Shown: positions 19,282 through 33,464, counted from the stretch's first letter. The stretch is 64,000 bases of DNA from Escherichia coli (GCF_041886205.1 NZ_CP169029.1), one strand, 5' to 3'. The notes: a model not told the origin generated them from the sequence alone. Numbers and translations: made by a program.

Positions 19282-19366
19282 TGGTGCCGAAGGCCGGACT
19301 CGAACCGGCACGTATTTCTACGGTTGATTTTGAATCAACTGCGTCTACCGATTTCGCCACTTCGGC
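19282..19366 (-). tRNA. leuX: tRNA-Leu (CAA), leuX
   Basis: Reverse complement reads GCCGAAGTGGCGAAATCGGTAGACGCAGTTGATTCAAAATCAACCGTAGAAATACGTGCCGGTTCGAGTCCGGCCTTCGGCACCA with CAA anticodon loop and encoded CCA end. Confidence 0.95.
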
Positions 19367-19561
19367 ACTGAAGAGGTATGCGGAAAACGTTGTGGATTAT
19401 ACCTGTCGCACGCCACCATGCAAGCGCCAGCTTGCTCGCACCTCGCTAAGTGCTGAAATTTTCAGCATTGCATACAGCGATGTGTAACCTTTGTCACACT
19501 CCAGGCACCCCGCCCTGCCATGCTCTACACTTCCCAGACCACACCAGAGAAGGACCAAAAA

Positions 19562-20581
19562 ATGTCGATGATAAGAAGCTATGCCGCAAAAGAAGCGGGC
19601 GGCGAACTGGAAGTTTATGAGTACGATCCCGGTGAGCTGAAGCCACAAGATATTGAAGTGCAGGTGGATTACTGCGGGATCTGCCATTCCGATCTGTCGA
19701 TGATCGATAACGAATGGGGATTTTCACAATATCCGCTGGTTGCCGGGCATGAGGTGATTGGGCGCGTGGTGGCACTCGGGAGCGCCGCGCAGGATAAAGG
19801 TTTGCAGGTCGGTCAGCGTGTCGGGATTGGCTGGACGGCGCGTAGCTGTGGTCACTGCGACGCCTGTATTAGCGGTAATCAGATCAACTGCGAGCAAGGT
19901 GCGGTGCCAACAATTATGAATCGCGGCGGTTTTGCCGAGAAGTTGCGTGCGGACTGGCAATGGGTGATTCCACTGCCAGAAAATATTGATATCGAGTCCG
20001 CCGGGCCGCTGTTGTGCGGCGGTATCACGGTCTTTAAACCACTGTTGATGCACCATATCACTGCTACCAGCCGCGTTGGGGTAATTGGTATTGGCGGGCT
20101 GGGGCATATCGCTATAAAACTTCTGCACGCAATGGGATGCGAGGTGACAGCCTTTAGTTCGAATCCGGCGAAAGAGCAGGAAGTGCTGGCGATGGGTGCC
20201 GATAAAGTGGTGAATAGCCGCGATCCGCAGGCACTCAAAGCACTGGCGGGGCAGTTTGATCTCATTATCAATACTGTGAACGTCAGCCTCGACTGGCAGC
20301 CTTATTTTGAGGCGCTGACCTATGGCGGTAATTTCCATACGGTCGGTGCGGTTCTCACGCCGCTGTCTGTTCCGGCCTTTACGTTAATTGCGGGCGATCG
20401 CAGCGTCTCTGGTTCTGCTACCGGCACGCCTTATGAGCTGCGTAAGCTGATGCGTTTTGCCGCCCGCAGCAAGGTTGCGCCGACTACCGAACTGTTCCCG
20501 ATGTCGAAAATTAACGACGCCATTCAGCATGTACGCGATGGTAAAGCGCGCTACCGAGTGGTCCTGAAAGCCGACTTCTGA
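19562..20581 (+). CDS. ahr: NADPH-dependent aldehyde reductase Ahr (YjgB), zinc-dependent alcohol dehydrogenase family
   Basis: Translation from [21 protein letters not shown]...; Zn-ADH motifs (GICHSD, GHEVIG) and Rossmann GIGGLGH. Confidence 0.9.
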   Translation: MSMIRSYAAKEAGGELEVYEYDPGELKPQDIEVQVDYCGICHSDLSMIDNEWGFSQYPLVAGHEVIGRVVALGSAAQDKGLQVGQRVGIGWTARSCGHCDACISGNQINCEQGAVPTIMNRGGFAEKLRADWQWVIPLPENIDIESAGPLLCGGITVFKPLLMHHITATSRVGVIGIGGLGHIAIKLLHAMGCEVTAFSSNPAKEQEVLAMGADKVVNSRDPQALKALAGQFDLIINTVNVSLDWQPYFEALTYGGNFHTVGAVLTPLSVPAFTLIAGDRSVSGSATGTPYELRKLMRFAARSKVAPTTELFPMSKINDAIQHVRDGKARYRVVLKADF

Positions 20582-20710
20582 TCCCTTTGCCGGGTGCCTG
20601 TCGCCCGGCACTTAAATCTCTTTGGAAGGCATCTCGCAATCTGCTTAATTTAGCGGTGAAGAGTGCATAGCCGTTGCCTATACTCCAGGCAGGAAACTGG
20701 AGGAAATCTC

Positions 20711-22213
20711 ATGAGTGAACCCCTGTTAATTGCCCGCACGCCGGACACAGAACTGTTTTTACTGCCGGGAATGGCTAACCGTCACGGGCTGATTACTGGC
20801 GCAACGGGGACGGGTAAAACTGTCACGCTGCAAAAACTGGCGGAGTCTCTATCGGAAATCGGTGTTCCGGTGTTTATGGCCGATGTGAAAGGCGATCTGA
20901 CCGGCGTCGCGCAGGCAGGAACGGCGTCGGAAAAACTGCTCGCAAGGCTTAAAAATATCGGCGTCAATGACTGGCAACCGCATGCCAATCCGGTGGTGGT
21001 GTGGGATATCTTTGGCGAGAAAGGCCATCCGGTGCGGGCGACGGTTTCGGATCTGGGGCCGCTGTTGCTGGCGCGGCTGTTGAATCTCAACGATGTGCAA
21101 TCTGGCGTGCTGAATATCATCTTCCGCATTGCTGACGATCAGGGGCTGTTACTGCTCGACTTTAAAGATTTGCGGGCGATTACCCAGTACATCGGCGATA
21201 ACGCCAAATCTTTCCAGAATCAGTACGGTAATATCAGTAGCGCATCGGTTGGTGCCATCCAGCGCGGATTACTGTCGCTGGAACAGCAAGGCGCAGCACA
21301 CTTCTTTGGTGAGCCGATGCTGGATATCAAAGACTGGATGCGCACCGATGCCAACGGTAAAGGCGTTATCAATATCCTCAGCGCCGAGAAACTTTATCAG
21401 ATGCCGAAACTGTACGCCGCCAGCCTGCTGTGGATGCTTTCAGAGTTGTATGAACAATTGCCGGAAGCGGGCGATCTGGAGAAACCAAAACTGGTGTTTT
21501 TCTTCGACGAGGCACATCTGCTGTTTAACGATGCACCGCAGGTACTGCTGGATAAGATTGAGCAGGTGATAAGGCTTATTCGCTCAAAAGGCGTGGGCGT
21601 CTGGTTCGTTTCGCAAAACCCGTCTGATATTCCGGATAATGTGCTCGGCCAGCTCGGTAATCGCGTTCAGCACGCTTTGCGGGCTTTTACGCCCAAAGAT
21701 CAGAAAGCAGTGAAGGCAGCGGCGCAAACCATGCGGGCCAATCCGGCATTTGATACCGAAAAGGCAATCCAGGAACTGGGGACCGGCGAGGCGTTAATCT
21801 CGTTTCTCGATGCAAAAGGAAGTCCTTCTGTGGTGGAACGGGCGATGGTGATTGCGCCTTGTTCGCGGATGGGACCGGTGACGGAAGATGAGCGCAATGG
21901 CTTGATTAATCACTCTCCGGTGTATGGCAAGTACGAGGATGACGTGGACCGGGAATCCGCCTATGAGATGTTGCAAAAAGGCTTTCAGGCCAGTACCGAG
22001 CAGCAAAATAATCCTCCCGCGAAAGGGAAAGAGGTGGCGGTGGATGACGGTATTCTTGGTGGATTGAAGGATATTTTGTTTGGCACTACCGGACCACGCG
22101 GCGGGAAGAAAGATGGTGTGGTGCAAACAATGGCGAAAAGCGCCGCCCGCCAGGTGACGAATCAGATTGTACGCGGGATGTTGGGGAGTTTGCTGGGGGG
22201 GAGAAGAAGGTAA
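20711..22213 (+). CDS. yjgR: P-loop NTPase YjgR (DUF853 family)
   Basis: Translation from [11 protein letters not shown]...; Walker A GATGTGKT; about 500 aa. Confidence 0.8.
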   Translation: MSEPLLIARTPDTELFLLPGMANRHGLITGATGTGKTVTLQKLAESLSEIGVPVFMADVKGDLTGVAQAGTASEKLLARLKNIGVNDWQPHANPVVVWDIFGEKGHPVRATVSDLGPLLLARLLNLNDVQSGVLNIIFRIADDQGLLLLDFKDLRAITQYIGDNAKSFQNQYGNISSASVGAIQRGLLSLEQQGAAHFFGEPMLDIKDWMRTDANGKGVINILSAEKLYQMPKLYAASLLWMLSELYEQLPEAGDLEKPKLVFFFDEAHLLFNDAPQVLLDKIEQVIRLIRSKGVGVWFVSQNPSDIPDNVLGQLGNRVQHALRAFTPKDQKAVKAAAQTMRANPAFDTEKAIQELGTGEALISFLDAKGSPSVVERAMVIAPCSRMGPVTEDERNGLINHSPVYGKYEDDVDRESAYEMLQKGFQASTEQQNNPPAKGKEVAVDDGILGGLKDILFGTTGPRGGKKDGVVQTMAKSAARQVTNQIVRGMLGSLLGGRRR

Positions 22214-22373
22214 GTCAGGCGCGATTTGTCTTTGCCTGATGCGACGCTGGCGCGTCTTATCATGCCTACACCACTGCAACATATTGGATTTTCATGATTT
22301 TTCAGGCATGAACGAAGCACACTTTGCTAACAATAATAAAGGGAGCTTTAGCTCCCTTTATTCGTTCATCAGG

Positions 22374-23456
22374 TTACGATTTTCTCATTAACAGCCACAG
22401 GCTGATTAAGAAGAAGCTGGCGCTTGGCAACAGTGCGCCAATGATCGGCGGGATGCCGTAAACCAACGTCAGCGGGCCGAAGATCTGGTCCAGTACGTAG
22501 AAGACAAAACCGAAGCTGATACCGGTGACCACACGCACACCCATCGGTACGCTACGCAGTGGGCCAAAGATGAACGACAGCGCCATCAGCATCATCACCG
22601 CCACGGATAGCGGCTGGAAGATTTTGCTCCACATGTTGAGCTGATAACGTCCGGCATCCTGACCGCTCGACTTCAGATACTTCACGTAGTTGTGCAAACC
22701 GCTGATTGAGAGTGCATCCGGGTCCAGCGCCACCACGCCCAGTTTGTCTGGCGTGAGGTTGGTTTTCCAGGTGCCGCTCACCGTCTGCGAACCGGTGATC
22801 TGTTTCGGATTGGTCAGATCAGATTCATCAACCTGCGACAGACGCCAGACTTTATGTTCCGGGTCAAACTTCGCGGTAGCGGCATAGCGTACGGATTGCA
22901 GACGACGATTCTCGTTAAAGGCATAAATACTGATGCCACCTAACTCTTCGTCACCTTTAACCCGCTCAATGTAGACGAAGTTGTTGCCATCTTTCGCCCA
23001 TAAACCTTGCTGGGTAGAGAGCAACGAGCCACCGTACATCGCCTGCGCACGGTAGTTACGCGCCATCTGCTCGCCCTGCGGCGCGACCCATTCACCAATC
23101 GCCATCGTCAGTAAGACCAGCGGAATGGCGGTTTTCATCACCGACAGCGCAACCTGCATACGGGTGAAACCAGAAGCCTGCATCACCACCAGTTCGCTGC
23201 GCTGCGCCAGCATCCCAAGACCAAGCAACGCCCCAAGCAGAGCCGCCATCGGGAAGAATATTTGCACATCTTTCGGCACGCTCAGCAAGGTATACATTCC
23301 TGCGCCTAACGCGTCGTAACTCCCCTGCCCGGCTTTTTTCAGCTGATCGACAAATTTGATAATGCCCGACAGCGACACCAGCATGAACAGCGTCATCATG
23401 ATGGTGGTGAAAATAGTTTTACCGATATAGCGGTCAAGTACGCCAAAAGGTTGCAT
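22374..23456 (-). CDS. lptG: LPS export ABC transporter permease LptG
   Basis: 360-aa membrane protein MQPFGVLDRYIGKTIF...; overlaps the stop of the upstream lptF. Confidence 0.9.
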   Translation of the reverse strand: MQPFGVLDRYIGKTIFTTIMMTLFMLVSLSGIIKFVDQLKKAGQGSYDALGAGMYTLLSVPKDVQIFFPMAALLGALLGLGMLAQRSELVVMQASGFTRMQVALSVMKTAIPLVLLTMAIGEWVAPQGEQMARNYRAQAMYGGSLLSTQQGLWAKDGNNFVYIERVKGDEELGGISIYAFNENRRLQSVRYAATAKFDPEHKVWRLSQVDESDLTNPKQITGSQTVSGTWKTNLTPDKLGVVALDPDALSISGLHNYVKYLKSSGQDAGRYQLNMWSKIFQPLSVAVMMLMALSFIFGPLRSVPMGVRVVTGISFGFVFYVLDQIFGPLTLVYGIPPIIGALLPSASFFLISLWLLMRKS

Positions 23457-24556
23457 CACACCGCTCCTTTACGCGAAAAACTGGCGCGCAGGCGGCGGAC
23501 CGGCACGGTGTCCCAAAGGTTGAGAACAATCGCCAAAGCCAGATAAATCAGGTTAACGGTCCACATCCACAGCGTCGGATCCAGCTTACCTTTACCGCCG
23601 TTCGATTTCAGGGAGGTCTGGATCAGGAAGAAAAGTAGATACAGCAGCATGGCTGGCAGCATCGATAGTACGCGTCCCTGACGTGGGTTAACCACGCTCA
23701 GCGGTACGACCATAAGTGCCATCATAAACACGGTGAATACCAACGTGATACGCCAGTTCAGTTCTGCGCGAGCACGATCGGTGTCAGTGTTCCACAATGT
23801 ACGCATGTCCATCTGGTCGGTATCGTTCGGGTCGAGCGCCACCGCCTGGTGACCAATGATCGCCTGATAATCCTGGAAGTCCGTAATGCGGAAATCACGT
23901 AACAGTGCAGTGCCTTCGAAGCGCGTTCCCTGGTTGAGAGTGACGACCTGGGAGCCGTCGCGCAGCTGGGTTAAATGTCCGGAATCGGCCACCACCACAG
24001 AAGGACGTGCATTACCTTTTGGTCGAATTTGCGCGAGGAACACATCTTTGAAATCGCTGCCGTCAACGCTTTCGATGAACAGCACCGAGCTGCCATTAGT
24101 CGCTTGCTGGAATTGCCCTTGCGCCAGCGCCGCCATGCCAGGGTTCGCTTTCGCTTCTGCTAACACTTCATCCTGATGACGCGATGACCACGGTCCCGCC
24201 CACATCACGTTAACCGCCGCGACGATTGCCGTGAATACCGCAAGGATCATTGCCGCTTTCACCAGAACCGCTTTGCTCAGGCCGCAGGCATGCATTACCG
24301 TAATTTCACTTTCGGTATACAGTTTGCCCAGCGTCATCAGCAGCCCGAGGAACAGGCTTAATGGCAGGATAAGCTGCGCCATTTCCGGCACGCCCAACCC
24401 GAGAAGGGAGAGCACCAGATTCGCCGGAATATCGCCGTCAACCGCTGCGCCGAGGATCCTCACTAACTTTTGACAGAAGAAGATCAAAAGCAAGATGAAG
24501 AGTATCGCCAGCTGGCTTTTGAGCGTCTCCCGCACCAGATATCTTATGATTATCAC
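23456..24556 (-). CDS. lptF: LPS export ABC transporter permease LptF
   Basis: 366-aa membrane protein MIIIRYLVRETLKSQLAILF...; divergent from pepA. Confidence 0.9.
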   Translation of the reverse strand: MIIIRYLVRETLKSQLAILFILLLIFFCQKLVRILGAAVDGDIPANLVLSLLGLGVPEMAQLILPLSLFLGLLMTLGKLYTESEITVMHACGLSKAVLVKAAMILAVFTAIVAAVNVMWAGPWSSRHQDEVLAEAKANPGMAALAQGQFQQATNGSSVLFIESVDGSDFKDVFLAQIRPKGNARPSVVVADSGHLTQLRDGSQVVTLNQGTRFEGTALLRDFRITDFQDYQAIIGHQAVALDPNDTDQMDMRTLWNTDTDRARAELNWRITLVFTVFMMALMVVPLSVVNPRQGRVLSMLPAMLLYLLFFLIQTSLKSNGGKGKLDPTLWMWTVNLIYLALAIVLNLWDTVPVRRLRASFSRKGAV

Positions 24557-24819
24557 TTTAAATACGCCCGTAAAAACTCGTCTTTTGCAGGATTTTAGCT
24601 TGTTTCATGGCTTAAACGTCATTTATTCTCTTGAGTCGTCGAAATCGTCGCTAAGATAATTATACTCAACGGATTCACCTCTCAGATTTTGTTCTGACGT
24701 GCCAATGCCGTAATAACGTTAAGATTAACACGAAGTCATCGCAACAGCGGACATGAGTTACGAAAGCTTGCAATTCTATCTGTAGCCACCGCCGTTGTCT
24801 TTAAGATTCAGGAGCGTAG

Positions 24820-26334
<1,515 letters not shown>

Positions 26335-26348
26335 TTGCGTCAGGCAAG

Positions 26349-26540
<192 letters not shown>

Positions 26541-26591
26541 CTGCGGTGTATACCTGATGCGTATTTAAATCCACCACAAGAAGCCCCATTT

Positions 26592-27035
26592 ATGAAAAAC
26601 GCGACGTTCTACCTTCTGGACAATGACACCACCGTCGATGGCTTAAGCGCCGTTGAGCAACTGGTGTGTGAAATTGCCGCAGAACGTTGGCGCAGCGGTA
26701 AGCGCGTGCTCATCGCCTGTGAAGATGAAAAGCAGGCTTACCGGCTGGATGAAGCCCTGTGGGCGCGTCCGGCAGAAAGCTTTGTTCCGCATAATTTAGC
26801 GGGAGAAGGACCGCGCGGCGGTGCGCCGGTGGAGATCGCCTGGCCGCAAAAACGCAGCAGCAGCCCGCGCGATATATTGATTAGTCTGCGAACAAGCTTT
26901 GCAGATTTTGCCACCGCTTTCACAGAAGTGGTAGACTTCGTTCCTTATGAAGATTCTCTGAAACAACTGGCGCGCGAACGCTATAAAGCCTACCGCGTGG
27001 CTGGTTTCAACCTGAATACGGCAACCTGGAAATAA
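26592..27035 (+). CDS. holC: DNA polymerase III chi subunit
   Basis: 147-aa [49 protein letters not shown]...; stop overlaps the valS start (ATAATGG). Confidence 0.9.
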   Translation: MKNATFYLLDNDTTVDGLSAVEQLVCEIAAERWRSGKRVLIACEDEKQAYRLDEALWARPAESFVPHNLAGEGPRGGAPVEIAWPQKRSSSPRDILISLRTSFADFATAFTEVVDFVPYEDSLKQLARERYKAYRVAGFNLNTATWK

Positions 27036-29890
27036 TGGAAAAGACATACAACCCACAAGATATCGAACAGCCGCTTTACGAGCACTGGGAAAAGCAGGGC
27101 TACTTTAAGCCTAATGGCGATGAAAGCCAGGAAAGTTTCTGCATCATGATCCCGCCGCCGAACGTCACCGGCAGTTTGCATATGGGTCACGCCTTCCAGC
27201 AAACCATCATGGATACCATGATCCGCTATCAGCGCATGCAGGGTAAAAACACCCTGTGGCAGGTCGGTACTGACCACGCCGGGATCGCTACCCAGATGGT
27301 CGTTGAGCGCAAGATTGCCGCAGAAGAAGGTAAAACCCGTCACGACTACGGCCGCGAAGCTTTCATCGACAAAATCTGGGAATGGAAAGCGGAATCCGGC
27401 GGCACCATTACCCGTCAGATGCGCCGTCTCGGCAACTCCGTCGACTGGGAGCGTGAACGCTTCACCATGGACGAAGGTCTGTCCAATGCGGTGAAAGAAG
27501 TTTTCGTTCGTCTGTATAAAGAAGACCTGATTTACCGTGGCAAACGCCTGGTAAACTGGGATCCGAAACTGCGCACCGCTATCTCTGACCTGGAAGTCGA
27601 AAACCGCGAATCGAAAGGTTCGATGTGGCACATCCGCTATCCGCTGGCTGACGGTGCGAAAACCGCAGACGGTAAAGATTATCTGGTGGTCGCGACTACC
27701 CGTCCAGAAACCCTGCTGGGCGATACTGGCGTAGCCGTTAACCCGGAAGATCCGCGTTACAAAGATCTGATTGGCAAATATGTCATTCTGCCGCTGGTTA
27801 ACCGTCGTATTCCGATCGTTGGCGACGAACACGCCGACATGGAAAAAGGCACCGGCTGCGTGAAAATCACTCCGGCGCACGACTTTAACGACTATGAAGT
27901 GGGTAAACGTCACGCCCTGCCGATGATCAACATCCTGACCTTTGACGGCGATATCCGTGAAAGCGCCCAGGTGTTCGATACCAAAGGTAACGAATCTGAC
28001 GTTTATTCCAGCGAAATCCCTGCAGAGTTCCAGAAACTGGAGCGTTTTGCTGCACGTAAAGCAGTCGTTGCCGCAGTTGACGCGCTTGGCCTGCTGGAAG
28101 AAATTAAACCGCACGACCTGACCGTTCCTTACGGCGACCGTGGCGGCGTAGTTATCGAACCAATGCTGACCGACCAGTGGTACGTGCGTGCCGATGTCCT
28201 GGCGAAACCGGCGGTTGAAGCGGTTGAGAACGGCGACATTCAGTTCGTACCGAAGCAGTACGAAAACATGTACTTCTCCTGGATGCGCGATATTCAGGAC
28301 TGGTGTATCTCTCGTCAGTTGTGGTGGGGTCACCGTATCCCGGCATGGTATGACGAAGCGGGTAACGTTTATGTTGGCCGCAACGAAGACGAAGTGCGTA
28401 AAGAAAATAACCTCGGTGCTGATGTTGTCCTGCGTCAGGACGAAGACGTTCTCGATACCTGGTTCTCTTCTGCGCTGTGGACCTTCTCTACCCTTGGCTG
28501 GCCGGAAAATACCGACGCCCTGCGTCAGTTCCACCCAACCAGCGTGATGGTATCTGGTTTCGACATCATCTTCTTCTGGATTGCCCGCATGATCATGATG
28601 ACCATGCACTTCATCAAAGATGAAAATGGCAAACCGCAGGTGCCGTTCCACACTGTTTACATGACCGGTCTGATTCGTGACGACGAAGGCCAGAAGATGT
28701 CCAAATCCAAGGGTAACGTTATCGACCCGCTGGATATGGTTGACGGTATTTCGCTGCCAGAACTGCTGGAAAAACGTACCGGCAATATGATGCAGCCGCA
28801 GCTGGCGGACAAAATCCGTAAGCGCACCGAGAAACAGTTCCCGAACGGCATTGAGCCGCACGGTACCGATGCCCTGCGCTTCACCCTGGCGGCGCTGGCG
28901 TCTACCGGTCGTGACATCAACTGGGATATGAAGCGCCTGGAAGGTTACCGTAACTTCTGTAACAAGCTGTGGAACGCCAGCCGCTTTGTGCTGATGAACA
29001 CAGAAGGTCAGGATTGCGGCTTCAACGGCGGCGAAATGACGCTGTCGCTGGCGGACCGCTGGATTCTGGCGGAGTTCAACCAGACCATCAAAGCGTACCG
29101 CGAAGCGCTGGACAGCTTCCGCTTCGATATCGCCGCAGGCATTCTGTATGAGTTCACCTGGAACCAGTTCTGTGACTGGTATCTCGAGCTGACCAAGCCG
29201 GTAATGAACGGTGGCACCGAAGCAGAACTGCGCGGTACTCGCCATACGCTGGTGACTGTACTGGAAGGTCTGCTGCGCCTCGCGCATCCGATCATTCCGT
29301 TCATCACCGAAACCATCTGGCAGCGTGTGAAAGTACTTTGCGGTATCACTGCCGACACCATCATGCTGCAACCGTTCCCGCAGTATGATGCATCTCAGGT
29401 TGATGAAGCGGCGCTGGCCGACACCGAGTGGCTGAAGCAGGCGATCGTTGCGGTACGTAACATCCGTGCAGAAATGAACATCGCGCCGGGCAAACCGCTG
29501 GAGCTGCTGCTGCGTGGTTGCAGCGCGGATGCAGAACGTCGCGTAAATGAAAACCGTGGCTTCCTGCAAACCCTGGCGCGTCTGGAAAGCATCACCGTGC
29601 TGCCTGCCGATGACAAAGGTCCGGTTTCCGTTACGAAGATTATCGACGGCGCAGAGCTGCTGATCCCGATGGCTGGCCTCATCAACAAAGAAGATGAGCT
29701 GGCGCGTCTGGCGAAAGAAGTGGCGAAGATCGACGGCGAAATCAGCCGTATCGAGAACAAACTGGCGAACGAAGGCTTTGTCGCCCGCGCACCGGAAGCG
29801 GTCATCGCGAAAGAGCGTGAGAAGCTGGAAGGCTATGCAGAAGCGAAAGCGAAGCTGATTGAACAGCAGGCTGTTATCGCCGCGCTGTAA
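27035..29890 (+). CDS. valS: Valine--tRNA ligase
   Basis: 951 aa; class I aaRS HIGH motif ([14 protein letters not shown]) and KMSKS motif (KMSKSKGN); C-terminal coiled coil. Confidence 0.98.
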   Translation: MEKTYNPQDIEQPLYEHWEKQGYFKPNGDESQESFCIMIPPPNVTGSLHMGHAFQQTIMDTMIRYQRMQGKNTLWQVGTDHAGIATQMVVERKIAAEEGKTRHDYGREAFIDKIWEWKAESGGTITRQMRRLGNSVDWERERFTMDEGLSNAVKEVFVRLYKEDLIYRGKRLVNWDPKLRTAISDLEVENRESKGSMWHIRYPLADGAKTADGKDYLVVATTRPETLLGDTGVAVNPEDPRYKDLIGKYVILPLVNRRIPIVGDEHADMEKGTGCVKITPAHDFNDYEVGKRHALPMINILTFDGDIRESAQVFDTKGNESDVYSSEIPAEFQKLERFAARKAVVAAVDALGLLEEIKPHDLTVPYGDRGGVVIEPMLTDQWYVRADVLAKPAVEAVENGDIQFVPKQYENMYFSWMRDIQDWCISRQLWWGHRIPAWYDEAGNVYVGRNEDEVRKENNLGADVVLRQDEDVLDTWFSSALWTFSTLGWPENTDALRQFHPTSVMVSGFDIIFFWIARMIMMTMHFIKDENGKPQVPFHTVYMTGLIRDDEGQKMSKSKGNVIDPLDMVDGISLPELLEKRTGNMMQPQLADKIRKRTEKQFPNGIEPHGTDALRFTLAALASTGRDINWDMKRLEGYRNFCNKLWNASRFVLMNTEGQDCGFNGGEMTLSLADRWILAEFNQTIKAYREALDSFRFDIAAGILYEFTWNQFCDWYLELTKPVMNGGTEAELRGTRHTLVTVLEGLLRLAHPIIPFITETIWQRVKVLCGITADTIMLQPFPQYDASQVDEAALADTEWLKQAIVAVRNIRAEMNIAPGKPLELLLRGCSADAERRVNENRGFLQTLARLESITVLPADDKGPVSVTKIIDGAELLIPMAGLINKEDELARLAKEVAKIDGEISRIENKLANEGFVARAPEAVIAKEREKLEGYAEAKAKLIEQQAVIAAL

Positions 29891-29910
29891 TCAACACCGT
29901 GATGAAAACG

Positions 29911-29939
29911 AAGGCCGGAGCATGCTCCGGCCTTTTTTA
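29911..29939. terminator. Bidirectional rho-independent terminator between valS and yjgN
   Basis: aaggccggagcatgctccggcctt perfect hairpin followed by tttttt, preceded by A-rich stretch. Confidence 0.8.
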
Positions 29940-29943
29940 TCTC

Positions 29944-31140
29944 TTACAGAAATGGTAAAGAAGGCATAACTCCCCGTGAAATACTGGCTAATAAGCCTTT
30001 ATCTGGTTGTTCTTCTTTATTGATTAAAGGAAGGTCATCCAAATCGCCCAGCAAATACGTATTTTTTGCCTGCCAGTCAATCATCCATATTTTCAGCAGT
30101 GGATAAGCCAGACCGCCCGTAATCCCGGATATCACTACCAACGCACACATGCGATAAAGCATACCGTGGTAAGTTAAAGTTGAGCGAAAACGAATACGCC
30201 CATCATTCAGTGACAGGTTGCTCATAAAATGATTTCGCAACGACACCGTTAAATAACTGGTGCTAACAGCAATCCCAAAATAATAGATTAACTGCGCGAT
30301 TATCATTTTACGTTGCACTTCCATAAATTGCTGTAAATTCTCAATATCATCATTTGCATACACAGAACTATAATACTCATTTAATATTTGATCGAAGATA
30401 ATATAACCAGCAACAGCGAGAAAAGGTAATAAAGCTAAAAATGCGAGGATGGCATATTTTATACAATACGCAGTATCTAATTTCACCTTGAAACGATGTA
30501 TACCGAAACTGGTATTGCTCCAGAGAAAACTCATTACCAGGCTATATAAAGTACCATTAAAAATACCAATGGAAACAATACCAACTATTGCCATCAGAAC
30601 CACAGATATAATAACACTACTTGAACTATTGGCATGTAGCATCTTTGTCGAGATAAAGAAAACAGTCCCCATCCCAATGGCCATTAAAATCGGCAAGAAA
30701 AAGGTTACCCACCAGAACCCTTTCATAGAGCAATTAAAACTAAATCTTACGCCGTTGAGACTGGTCATCAAGGCCTGATAACGCAGTCCTTTTGCTGCCA
30801 TAAATATAAGCAAAACCAACAGTGACAAAGTCAAAACACAGCCAACAAGCGGCATATCTGCTGACACTGTCATTAAGATTGCGAAATAGAAAAAAACAAA
30901 AACAAGACAACTAACAAAAACATTCCCACCAGTAATTCCATAAGAAAATCGTTGTCCGTTAACTTCCATATTAGCATAGAGATAACGCTTACATTTCATT
31001 AATGCCCATGGTAAATAGATACCTAGCGTTATAATCGTCAACAACACATTCACCACACAAATAAGAAAATATCTCTCACCTGTACCATGAAAAACAAACG
31101 AATGGGACGGAACATCCATTTCATTAATAACTTGAGCCAT
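29944..31140 (-). CDS. yjgN: Inner membrane protein YjgN (DUF898 family), low-GC gene
   Basis: About 398-aa polytopic membrane ORF with AT-rich codon usage; position between valS and yjgM as in K-12. Confidence 0.75.
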   Translation of the reverse strand: MAQVINEMDVPSHSFVFHGTGERYFLICVVNVLLTIITLGIYLPWALMKCKRYLYANMEVNGQRFSYGITGGNVFVSCLVFVFFYFAILMTVSADMPLVGCVLTLSLLVLLIFMAAKGLRYQALMTSLNGVRFSFNCSMKGFWWVTFFLPILMAIGMGTVFFISTKMLHANSSSSVIISVVLMAIVGIVSIGIFNGTLYSLVMSFLWSNTSFGIHRFKVKLDTAYCIKYAILAFLALLPFLAVAGYIIFDQILNEYYSSVYANDDIENLQQFMEVQRKMIIAQLIYYFGIAVSTSYLTVSLRNHFMSNLSLNDGRIRFRSTLTYHGMLYRMCALVVISGITGGLAYPLLKIWMIDWQAKNTYLLGDLDDLPLINKEEQPDKGLLASISRGVMPSLPFL

Positions 31141-31332
31141 AAAAATTCCCTGAATTAAAAAATCCATTGATATAATTTATAGATACAGACAGTAAAATGT
31201 TCTGCCACGTTACAATACTCTTATCAGTAATAGGCTGGCAAAAACTTTATTACTTTATAAGTCGCTTGCGCACGTAAGAAGAGAGTGGTATTAAACATAT
31301 GTATAATTACTTTATTTTTATTGGGTTAAACT

Positions 31333-31836
31333 ATGAATAACATTGCGCCGCAATCATCTGTAATGCGTCGCCTGACGTTGCAGGATAATCCTGCTATCGC
31401 CCGCGTCATTCGTCAGGTATCCGCCGAATACGGTCTTACCGCTGATAAAGGCTACACCGTCGCCGATCCGAACCTTGACGAGTTGTATCAAGTGTATAGT
31501 CAGCCTGGCCATGCATATTGGGTGGTTGAGTTCGATGGTGAAGTGGTCGGCGGCGGTGGGATTGCGCCATTAGCAGGTAGTGAATCGGACATTTGCGAAC
31601 TGCAAAAGATGTATTTTCTTCCGGCTATTCGCGGTAAAGGGCTGGCGAAAAAACTGGCCTTAATGGCGATGGAGCAGGCACGAGAGATGGGCTTCAAACG
31701 CTGCTATCTGGAAACGACCGCTTTTTTAAAGGAAGCCATTGCGCTTTATGAGCATTTGGGCTTTGAGCATATCGACTATGCGCTTGGCTGCACGGGCCAT
31801 GTCGATTGTGAAGTGCGGATGCTACGCGAACTCTAA
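31333..31836 (+). CDS. yjgM: GNAT-family N-acetyltransferase YjgM
   Basis: 167 aa; acetyl-CoA binding motif region ([21 protein letters not shown]). Confidence 0.8.
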   Translation: MNNIAPQSSVMRRLTLQDNPAIARVIRQVSAEYGLTADKGYTVADPNLDELYQVYSQPGHAYWVVEFDGEVVGGGGIAPLAGSESDICELQKMYFLPAIRGKGLAKKLALMAMEQAREMGFKRCYLETTAFLKEAIALYEHLGFEHIDYALGCTGHVDCEVRMLREL

Positions 31837-31881
31837 AAAAATGCCCGCTAGTGTGTGCTATCGGGCATTTTAATCAATTAA

Positions 31882-32298
31882 TTAGTGGCGAACCCCGTCA
31901 TCGTCTTCGTCGACAAAATCTTCATCGTCGCCGTCTTCGCCGTTAGGATCTTCAAAGTAAGTGCCCCAACCATCGTACTCAACGTCAAATTTCTCCGCCA
32001 GCGTCATCAGTTGTTCAACCTGGGCATCGATCAGATCGGCATTCAACGCGCACTCGCTGAGGATGTCGCAGCAAATCACGATGTCACCATCTTCAACTTC
32101 CAGCTCTTCTGGATCGGTCACTTCGTAACCGAGTTTAAACGCTTCAACTGCTGCTTTTTCCAGGGTTTCCAGATCGTCTGCGGAAAGATGGTGTTCGATG
32201 GTGTACAGCGCGTCCGGATCGCTGCCATCTTCCAGTAATTCTTCAATAATCAAACGTGTTTCTTCACGCTGTTCTTCCAGTTGTTCCGGGTTTGCCAT
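31882..32298 (-). CDS. rraB: Regulator of ribonuclease activity B (RraB)
   Basis: 138 aa, strongly acidic C-terminus ([20 protein letters not shown]); adjacent to argI. Confidence 0.85.
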
Positions 32299-32394
32299 GG
32301 CTCATTCCTCTTAATGTCCTGCCGATACTCTTATTGTCACACACCACTGACATTGCCTCCACCTTTGTGACAAAGATTTATGCTTTAGACTTGC

Positions 32395-32433
32395 AAATGA
32401 ATAATCATCCATATAAATTGAATTTTAATTCAT
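32395..32433. promoter_or_regulatory. argI operator: two tandem ARG boxes (ArgR binding sites)
   Basis: aaatgaataatcatccat and aaattgaattttaattcat fit the ARG-box pattern TNTGAAT(W4)ATTCANW; preceded by ttgcaa -35-like hexamer. Confidence 0.7.
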
Positions 32434-32459
32434 TGAGGCGATAGCCACAGGAGGGATCT

Positions 32460-33464
32460 ATGTCCGGGTTTTATCATAAGCATTTCCTGAAATTACTCGA
32501 TTTCACGCCAGCTGAACTCAACAGCCTGTTGCAGTTAGCCGCGAAGCTGAAAGCCGATAAGAAAAGCGGTAAAGAAGAAGCCAAACTCACTGGTAAAAAC
32601 ATCGCGCTCATCTTCGAAAAAGACTCGACCCGTACCCGATGCTCTTTCGAAGTTGCCGCATATGACCAAGGTGCTCGCGTTACTTATCTCGGCCCAAGCG
32701 GCAGCCAGATTGGTCATAAAGAGTCGATTAAAGACACTGCCCGCGTGCTTGGTCGCATGTATGACGGTATTCAGTATCGCGGCTATGGTCAGGAGATTGT
32801 CGAAACACTGGCGGAATACGCTGGCGTGCCGGTATGGAACGGCCTGACCAATGAGTTTCACCCCACGCAGCTGCTGGCGGATCTTCTCACCATGCAGGAG
32901 CATTTACCCGGCAAAGCGTTCAACGAAATGACGCTGGTCTATGCAGGTGACGCACGTAACAACATGGGCAATTCGATGCTCGAAGCTGCGGCGCTTACCG
33001 GTCTGGATTTGCGTCTGGTCGCGCCACAGGCATGCTGGCCGGAAACTGCGCTGGTTACGGAATGCCGCGCTCTGGCACAGCAAAATGGCGGGAATATTAC
33101 GCTAACGGAAGATGTAGCCAAAGGAGTTGAAGGTGCTGACTTTATCTATACCGATGTGTGGGTGTCGATGGGGGAAGCAAAAGAGAAATGGGCAGAACGC
33201 ATTGCATTACTGCGTGATTATCAGGTGAACAGCAAGATGATGCAGTTGACCGGTAACCCGGAGGTCAAATTCCTCCACTGCCTGCCCGCGTTTCATGACG
33301 ACCAAACGACGCTTGGCAAGAAAATGGCGGAAGAGTTTGGCCTACATGGCGGAATGGAAGTGACTGATGAGGTCTTCGAATCTGCCGCCAGCATTGTATT
33401 TGATCAGGCGGAAAACCGCATGCATACCATCAAAGCGGTGATGGTCGCGACGCTCAGTAAATAA
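32460..33464 (+). CDS. argI: Ornithine carbamoyltransferase
   Basis: 334 aa; carbamoyl-phosphate motif STRTR and ornithine-binding HCLP motif. Confidence 0.9.
   Translation: MSGFYHKHFLKLLDFTPAELNSLLQLAAKLKADKKSGKEEAKLTGKNIALIFEKDSTRTRCSFEVAAYDQGARVTYLGPSGSQIGHKESIKDTARVLGRMYDGIQYRGYGQEIVETLAEYAGVPVWNGLTNEFHPTQLLADLLTMQEHLPGKAFNEMTLVYAGDARNNMGNSMLEAAALTGLDLRLVAPQACWPETALVTECRALAQQNGGNITLTEDVAKGVEGADFIYTDVWVSMGEAKEKWAERIALLRDYQVNSKMMQLTGNPEVKFLHCLPAFHDDQTTLGKKMAEEFGLHGGMEVTDEVFESAASIVFDQAENRMHTIKAVMVATLSK

Noticed and set aside
26990-29569. 859-aa ORF on the minus strand covering most of valS
   Set aside because: Fully antisense to the highly conserved valS coding sequence, with no independent start context; long antisense ORFs are a known by-product of codon bias in GC-balanced genes.
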